From: Raillietiella orientalis
Lineage: Eukaryota
Assembly: GCA_036172245.1 (NCBI GenBank)
Contig: JAYWIR010000012.1
Location: 3,596,001-3,660,000 of the forward strand
Direction: 5' to 3'
DNA length: 64,000 bases
Shown one piece after another: positions 63,416 through 64,000 of the stretch. A program made the translations under genes and the position numbers. The notes under the pieces are model-generated. The model made no database searches. It had not been told where the DNA came from and saw nothing but the letters and a program-made list of their open reading frames with translations. Every line of letters starts with the position of its first letter. The first letter of the stretch is position 1.

Positions 63416-63723
63416 ATAGGTGGAACAGCACAGCTGATGTTGACCAAAATGCTTTGCTGAAACCGTTTCATTGTTACAAGTGCCCAAAGTCTTATAAATT
63501 TAAATTTGATTTATATCGACATCTTCGTTATGAATGCGGAGTAGAGCCCAAGTTTTCATGTGATGTTTGTGGGACCAAATTCAGGCACAAGTTTCAGATC
63601 AAGTTGCATATTATGAAACACGCAACATGTGCACAAGAATATTTTCCCAAGGTCTGTTTATTGTTTCTGCATTTCACATTGATTTTTAGTGATTTTAATA
63701 GCATTAGATATTTTATAAAGTAA
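63416..63723 (+). CDS. Variable terminal exon C1, CCHC+C2H2 zinc-finger pair
   Basis: Acceptor ttgttttacAG, phase 1. Encodes KPFHCYKCPKSYKFKFDLYRHLRYECGVEPKFSCDVCGTKFRHKFQIKLHIMKH. AATAAA at 63861. Confidence 0.92.
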
Positions 63724-64000
63724 AGGATATGTAGTCCTCTGGTCAGTTTAAATGAAACCAATTAAAGTGAGCCTTGTGCATCGTGCTACAATTAAATCAC
63801 AAACACTGTTAATGCATATTCTCAGTCAGATTTAATTTGCCTTTTGTAAGCTTGGTTTACAATAAATAATATAAATTCAATAAGATCTGTGAAGATGAAC
63901 ATGATGTTGGGTGTTGCTTTCAATACGTTGCCATTGTAGTCCGACATGTGTGATGTGTGATGTCTCTGTTAAGCCTATTGCTATGAAATTCGAATCCTAG

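Noticed and set aside
1..64000. Minus-strand variable exons as in mod(mdg4); also tRNA, rRNA, CRISPR or prokaryotic operon features
   Set aside because: No minus-strand zinc-finger exon and no such RNA genes or arrays were recognised by eye. The sequence is intron-containing eukaryotic DNA.

Overview
Eukaryotic DNA, almost certainly arthropod, carrying a head-to-tail tandem array of at least three longitudinals lacking (lola)-like BTB/zinc-finger loci, all on the + strand. Locus B (38799-52716) has its whole coding structure in the window: three constant exons encode a Tramtrack-type BTB domain plus linker and end in a phase-1 donor. They are followed by a cassette of alternative terminal exons: 11 intact CCHC+C2H2-type finger pairs, at least one decaying copy, and one exon (40670-41079) that encodes an NRF-1/Erect-wing-like DNA-binding domain instead of zinc fingers. 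Locus C (from 58506) has the same constant-exon layout, and one variable exon is visible before the window ends. Locus A shows only a probable last constant exon (1951-2016) and 6 intact zinc-finger exons (5879-13723); its BTB exons are not visible. Every intact variable exon starts at a phase-1 AG acceptor and has its own stop codon, often with a nearby AATAAA. A roughly 22 kb GC/CpG-rich block with no recognisable gene separates A from B. The window also holds three decayed antisense non-LTR reverse-transcriptase remnants, a roughly 100 bp inverted repeat and many microsatellites. All exon boundaries and homologies were read by eye and are not confirmed by transcripts or database searches.
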